This document shows, piece by piece, positions 59,373 through 64,000 of a stretch of 64,000 nt of DNA. The stretch covers positions 2,816,001 through 2,880,000 of the forward strand of contig OZ242029.1 of NCBI GenBank assembly GCA_965205015.1. Direction: 5' to 3'. Position 1 is the first letter of the stretch. Every line of letters begins with the position of its first letter. A program made the translations under genes and the position numbers. The notes under the pieces were generated by a model. It did no database searches and was not told the DNA's origin. It was given only the letters and a program-made list of their open reading frames with translations. Source of the DNA: Candidatus Poribacteria bacterium. Its GTDB lineage: Bacteria > Poribacteria > WGA-4E > WGA-3G.

Positions 59373-60000
59373 TAGAAAATTTCAGCTTTCGAGCGACATT
59401 GAAAAGTACATTGATCCAAGTCTGGCGCAGGAAATGAAAAGCGGAACAGCAGAACAAAAGGTTGTCGCTCTGTTTCGTTATATGGAAAAACGTGGGCAGT
59501 CGTTCTACGATGAAGTCGTGACACAACTGGAGCACGCCCTCCAATGTGCTGCCCTTGCACAGCAGAACGGCGCAAGTGCCACGCTGATTACAGGCGCATT
59601 ACTCCACGACGTCGGACATATCATTTTAGATGAACACAATGCCGATAGAGCGTTCCTTGATACCGACCTGACGCACGAAGAGGTCGGCGCGCAGTATATG
59701 GAACCCTTTTTCCCAGAAGCCGTTACAACGCCGATCCGATTGCATGTTCCCGCAAAAAGGTATCTCTGTACAACGGATGCCTCTTACCATGACGGACTAT
59801 CCGAAGCATCAAAAAGGAGTTTCATAGTTCAGGGAGGGGTCATGTCCGACGAGGAGCGAAACGCTTTTGAACGGATCCCTCATTTTCAGGACGCGCTCAC
59901 TTTACGGCGATGGGACGATCTCGCAAAGGTGAAAGGGTTGGAGACTGCTGAATTAGAAACCTACCGAGACATCGTCCAGCAGTGCTTGAGGGACGGATAA
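59362..60000 (+). CDS. HD-domain diiron oxygenase, PhnZ/TmpB-like
   Basis: VTQLEHALQCA, LLHDVGH, HE..GA, LHVPAKRYL and LRRWDDLAK. Confidence 0.85.
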   Translation: MTYDRKFQLSSDIEKYIDPSLAQEMKSGTAEQKVVALFRYMEKRGQSFYDEVVTQLEHALQCAALAQQNGASATLITGALLHDVGHIILDEHNADRAFLDTDLTHEEVGAQYMEPFFPEAVTTPIRLHVPAKRYLCTTDASYHDGLSEASKRSFIVQGGVMSDEERNAFERIPHFQDALTLRRWDDLAKVKGLETAELETYRDIVQQCLRDG

Positions 60001-60063
60001 AAACCGCTCTAAAAATTTGCATTGTAGAGACCTACAAGCCAAGTCTAACATGGAGATATAATA

Positions 60064-60354
60064 ATGGCTGTAAAAGATCCCAATGTTCCGCTACCTCGTC
60101 CTTATGTAGACGCATACTGGGAACTGGTACGTAGATGCTTGACAGACTTTTTTTCTGAACCGACAGATGAGGCGGATGCCTTACAGCAGCAGATTGAAAA
60201 CTTGCCCTATGCCCGACAAGATGTTTTTTATCATGGGGATCCTTTGGATCTTGCAGCAGGACTTGCGGGCAAACAGGCAACCGAAAGTCAACACGCTCAG
60301 TTCCTACAAATGGTGAGAGCATATCGTCTTCCTGGATTTGGATGGTTAGATTGA
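60064..60354 (+). CDS. Hypothetical protein
   Basis: GGAGA RBS. Stop overlaps the next ATG. Confidence 0.55.
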   Translation: MAVKDPNVPLPRPYVDAYWELVRRCLTDFFSEPTDEADALQQQIENLPYARQDVFYHGDPLDLAAGLAGKQATESQHAQFLQMVRAYRLPGFGWLD

Positions 60355-61034
60355 TGAGTTACGAAACAATTGAATCAAAATTTACTGCAACACCAGAGAA
60401 AGGCGAGGTGTCCTCAATACTCATACGTCCGGACAACGCCAAATGGTTGCTCGTTCTGGGACATGGTGCAGGCACAAATATGCGCCACTCAACACTCCAG
60501 ACGATTGCCGAACGATTAGCAGATATAGGAATTGCTACCTTCCGTTATCAGTTTCCTTACATGGAGCGCGGCGGCGGTGGGAGAGAAGCGCAAGCCGTGG
60601 CACTGGCAACTGTGCGATCCGCGGTCGCAGCTGCACACGAGGCTGCGGGGGATGTCTCAATTCTCGTTGGTGGGCATTCTTATAGCGGACGTATGTCGTC
60701 GCTCACGGCGGCAGAAGCACCGATCGAACATGTCCGCGGTCTCGTATTCTTCGCGTTTCCATTGCATCCTTCTGGAAAGGAAGGAACAGAACGTGCCGAG
60801 CACCTTGCTGATGTTACTGTGCCAATGCTATTTTTATCTGGCACCCGCGATAAGTTAGCGGTCCTCGACCTATTGGAACCGGTTTGCGAAAACCTCGGGG
60901 ACAAGGCGACTTTGCATCTATTGGATACGGCAGATCACGGGTTCAAAGTGCTTAAACGTTCGCGTAAATCTGATGAGGATGTCTTTGTAGAGATGGCACG
61001 AGTCCTCAGTGAATGGATTGAAACACTGGATTGA
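60354..61034 (+). CDS. Alpha/beta hydrolase (KANL3/Tex30-like)
   Basis: LGHGAG, GGHSYSGR, FPLHP, GTRD and ADHGF. Confidence 0.85.
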   Translation: MSYETIESKFTATPEKGEVSSILIRPDNAKWLLVLGHGAGTNMRHSTLQTIAERLADIGIATFRYQFPYMERGGGGREAQAVALATVRSAVAAAHEAAGDVSILVGGHSYSGRMSSLTAAEAPIEHVRGLVFFAFPLHPSGKEGTERAEHLADVTVPMLFLSGTRDKLAVLDLLEPVCENLGDKATLHLLDTADHGFKVLKRSRKSDEDVFVEMARVLSEWIETLD

Positions 61035-61435
61035 AACCTCTGTAATTGGCCTCCCAAACCCGGTAGGTGCGGTTTCTAACCGCACCGGATTCCTTCCAAA
61101 CACCATCCCCCACTTCCCAGTCTTGTCAAGGCAGCATCCGATAACTAATAGGGGCTGTTTCCCAACCTCGTTGGTTCTCTATCTCAATCACACTCTCTAT
61201 CTCTTGTAGGAGGGAACTCCGATTCCCGACTTTGATTTCCTCAAACCAATAGGAAACCGAAAGCTAAATAGTCCTAATTTGTTTGATTTCCTTCTTGATT
61301 CTCCTCGCGAGATGTGTTACACTTTAACCAATCAATCGAGGCACATGGACGATTGAAAAAGCCTACCGTTCACAGCAGAATGCTGCGTAATCAACCTTTA
61401 ATTTAACCATCTTTCAGCGTTAGGTTCAAAGGAAA

Positions 61436-64000
61436 ATGGCAAAGAAAAAACGAAAAAGAAACCCCTTAAAGGCAAATGCTAAGCGTCAGGCACATGCGTC
61501 GCTAAAGGGATACCTCTATCAAATCTGGCATAGTGTGAATGCTTGGCTGGATCTTGCCGATGATGAAATTCTCTATCTGGAAGGTGCGGAGGACTTTGAT
61601 GTCCTATCAGATAGCGGTGATACAGCGACACAAGTCAAACACACGCGACGAAGGATAACACTCAGGTCTCAAGAGGTGATTGACGCGATTAACCACTATT
61701 GGGAATTGCGAACTAACAACCCGGATCGACGTGTGAAATTCCGTTTTCTCACGCGCTCCAAAATAGGTATGGAGCGGGGAAACCCATTTGGAAAGGATAA
61801 ACTTGGGCTCGAGTTGTGGCAACGTTGTTCGGATGATGAGGCAGCTATCACAAAAATTTCCGAGTTCTTACAAGCCGAAGGTAAAATATCGCAGGAAGTA
61901 AGAGACTTTCTCAAACAAGCAGAGAACCAAGAAATCTATGAAAAACTCATTGAGCCTATCACTTGGGAAACGGATAGTAAACCCGCCATTTACATTGAGA
62001 AAACCATAAATGATAAGCTGGTTCTCCACGGCAATCGGCAGTCTATCCCAATTCCACCTTCTGCTGCCAAAGAAACGCTTAATCGTCTTCTCAAGGAAGC
62101 CTTAGTGGTTGCGACACAAGAGGAAAACCGTGCGCTTACCAAAGTCCGCTTCCTTGAAATTTTCGAGGCGCAAACAACGCAAAGAGTCTCAACTCAACAT
62201 TTACAGCGCTTGCAGATGCAGGCAATAAAGATGGGTGATGTTGATCCGACATTACTTAAAGATCCATCTGATATTACAATTCAATCTCAGGTCGCTATAC
62301 AAAGTGAAATACCACAGATCTATCATGAATTTGCCCCGAGAACAGATATGGTTGCAAACATTCAACTTAAACTTCAATCAGACGGTATAGTTATAATCCA
62401 CGGAGGCGTGGACAAAGGGAAAACAACCCTTGCAAAATTGACTGCCAATGATATAGAGGGTGATTGGTTCTGGTTGAATTTTACCAATAAAGATCCGTTT
62501 TTGATTGACCAATATCTGCAGCAACTTGCTATTGCCGTAAGTAATCGATCCGCGCAGGTCAACATAGTCCTTGATGATCTGAACCTGCAACCTCAACAGT
62601 TGCGGACGTATGAAGAAGTTTTTGGGGGGACGGTTTACAGCGTACTGGAACGTGGTGCAAAATTATTGATCACAAGTCAACATAAGCCTCCTAATAATCT
62701 CATTCATCGTTTCGGTGTATCAAAGGCAATAGCAATTGATGTTCCGAACTTTACTGAATCTGAAATAAAGCAATTTGCTGAAGAAATGGGATGCCCTACT
62801 GATGACATAGACACTTGGGGGACATTAATTCAAGCACATACAGGTGGACATCCGAGGCTTGTACACGCGTGGCTCGTCCGATTGCAGGAGAAAGGTTGGG
62901 CAGAACAAAATATACTCACAAGTATCTTACAACCCCCGGAAGAGGTGATAGAAGAGCGTGAAGCAGCGCGCCAATTACTTACAGATTTACCAGAAAAGCA
63001 ACGGGAATTTCTTTATAGGCTTAGCCTGATGGTCACTGGATTCAGGAGAGAGCATGCTCTTAACATTGGCGAGATACCAGACCGTATAACTCATCCTGGA
63101 CATATTCTTAATCAACTGGTAGGTCCTTGGATAGATCAAGTTGATGAGAGATATTACACAATTTCACCTTTGTTGACGAACGCGGCTAAGGAAGATTTGT
63201 CCGCGAGGAGGATAAAGTTTCTTCATGCTCACATTGCAAACGCAATCCACAAAACAAAGAATCTGACCACAACGGAAGCATGGACTGTGTTCACACATAG
63301 TATGGCTGGAGAAAACAAAGAAGGGATTATCGCTTTCATTTATTCATTGATGAACGCTTCACAGAATGATTGGGAAAATCTTTGTCAAGAGTTCTCATTG
63401 TTAGCACACATTAAAATTGATCCTCCCGAAGAATTATTTCCTGGTGATGCCTTTCTAAATCAAATGTTTCGGTCATTGCAATATCGTATTGCGGTTGAAG
63501 TGAAACCAGAAATTGCCCCGAAGATACTTGAATTGTGGGATAAAGAAACTAAGCCATACAAACCGCGTCAGTCATATCTACTATCTCGCCTAATGCTGGC
63601 CACGGAAGTATTGAGATATAACCAAGTGTTGCTTCCAGCCAAGAAGATGGTGGGTTATCTTAGAGAAATGATTGACATCAAGAATAGGGATAAAAAAGTC
63701 TGGGCGATTTTCTACAATTCCGTGGGACAATTAGAAAAATATAAAACTGATAAATCTAACTATTTCAGTATCCTATTTGGTTTTATCTATGCGCGCCGCC
63801 CTATGTACGCGCCGTTTCTCACGGAGCTTATTGATGCACTGGACGAACTTGAACCAGAAACCCGGACATTATTATTGGCTGATTTTGAAGATGATACCGT
63901 TGACCCTCGCGTTCTGATAGATGGCATCTGGGGATCAGAAGCGAACCTTGAAAATCCAGATTGGACAAGGTGTCTACATGCATTTGACAAAGTAATTGAA
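61436..64000 (+). CDS. Cap4/DUF4297-like nuclease fused to STAND-type NTPase (3' partial; probable anti-phage protein)
   Basis: Missing from the ORF track, apparently because no stop occurs before the window end (855 codons from ATG 61436). KGYLYQ..LEGAEDFD..QVK nuclease motif, Walker A GGVDKGKT, Walker B IVLDD and TGGHP. Confidence 0.75.
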   Translation, partial: MAKKKRKRNPLKANAKRQAHASLKGYLYQIWHSVNAWLDLADDEILYLEGAEDFDVLSDSGDTATQVKHTRRRITLRSQEVIDAINHYWELRTNNPDRRVKFRFLTRSKIGMERGNPFGKDKLGLELWQRCSDDEAAITKISEFLQAEGKISQEVRDFLKQAENQEIYEKLIEPITWETDSKPAIYIEKTINDKLVLHGNRQSIPIPPSAAKETLNRLLKEALVVATQEENRALTKVRFLEIFEAQTTQRVSTQHLQRLQMQAIKMGDVDPTLLKDPSDITIQSQVAIQSEIPQIYHEFAPRTDMVANIQLKLQSDGIVIIHGGVDKGKTTLAKLTANDIEGDWFWLNFTNKDPFLIDQYLQQLAIAVSNRSAQVNIVLDDLNLQPQQLRTYEEVFGGTVYSVLERGAKLLITSQHKPPNNLIHRFGVSKAIAIDVPNFTESEIKQFAEEMGCPTDDIDTWGTLIQAHTGGHPRLVHAWLVRLQEKGWAEQNILTSILQPPEEVIEEREAARQLLTDLPEKQREFLYRLSLMVTGFRREHALNIGEIPDRITHPGHILNQLVGPWIDQVDERYYTISPLLTNAAKEDLSARRIKFLHAHIANAIHKTKNLTTTEAWTVFTHSMAGENKEGIIAFIYSLMNASQNDWENLCQEFSLLAHIKIDPPEELFPGDAFLNQMFRSLQYRIAVEVKPEIAPKILELWDKETKPYKPRQSYLLSRLMLATEVLRYNQVLLPAKKMVGYLREMIDIKNRDKKVWAIFYNSVGQLEKYKTDKSNYFSILFGFIYARRPMYAPFLTELIDALDELEPETRTLLLADFEDDTVDPRVLIDGIWGSEANLENPDWTRCLHAFDKVIE

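Noticed and set aside
1-64000. Genome-wide TGA reassignment (code 4/25) as the explanation for the DESC-TGA readthrough
   Set aside because: TGA terminates full-length genes here (polA, DUF62, NHL, second PhyH), and Trp is encoded by TGG. In-frame TGA is confined to the SC-U motif.
1-64000. tRNA, rRNA, tRNA-Sec or selABD genes
   Set aside because: None recognised in this window by eye. The Sec machinery must be sought elsewhere in the genome.

Overview
Bacterial chromosomal segment, translation table 11. The gene content suggests Candidatus Poribacteria (sponge symbiont): many LamG/DUF1080 proteins with a shared C-terminal 'V.P..K.xTTW..lK' tail, ECF-sigma/WD40 fusions, tandem PhyH dioxygenases, NHL/TPR proteins and GTAG-type REPs. 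This assignment is an inference. Housekeeping and metabolic genes include galK, a ROK kinase, a GH32, iscA/iscU-like genes, fur, mqnA, mqnE, ubiD, trpS, polA, ABC systems and a PhnY*/PhnZ-like pair. A Cap4-nuclease/STAND defence gene runs off the right edge. The main result is a roughly 17-kb minus-strand island (9.9-26.9 kb). Three ORF pairs there each appear to be a single gene read through an in-frame TGA in a 'DESC-U-G/A' motif, followed by a position-conserved SECIS-like hairpin. They look like three bacterial homologues of animal Selenoprotein N. All three carry a ~120-aa C-terminal domain that also forms the extracytoplasmic end of a neighbouring membrane-anchored ECF sigma factor. Five copies of an ECF-type promoter (GCA[A/C]C-N17-GCGTCA) tie the island into a probable regulon. 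MITEs and heptamer-based palindromic elements are frequent, and several sit in frame inside genes.
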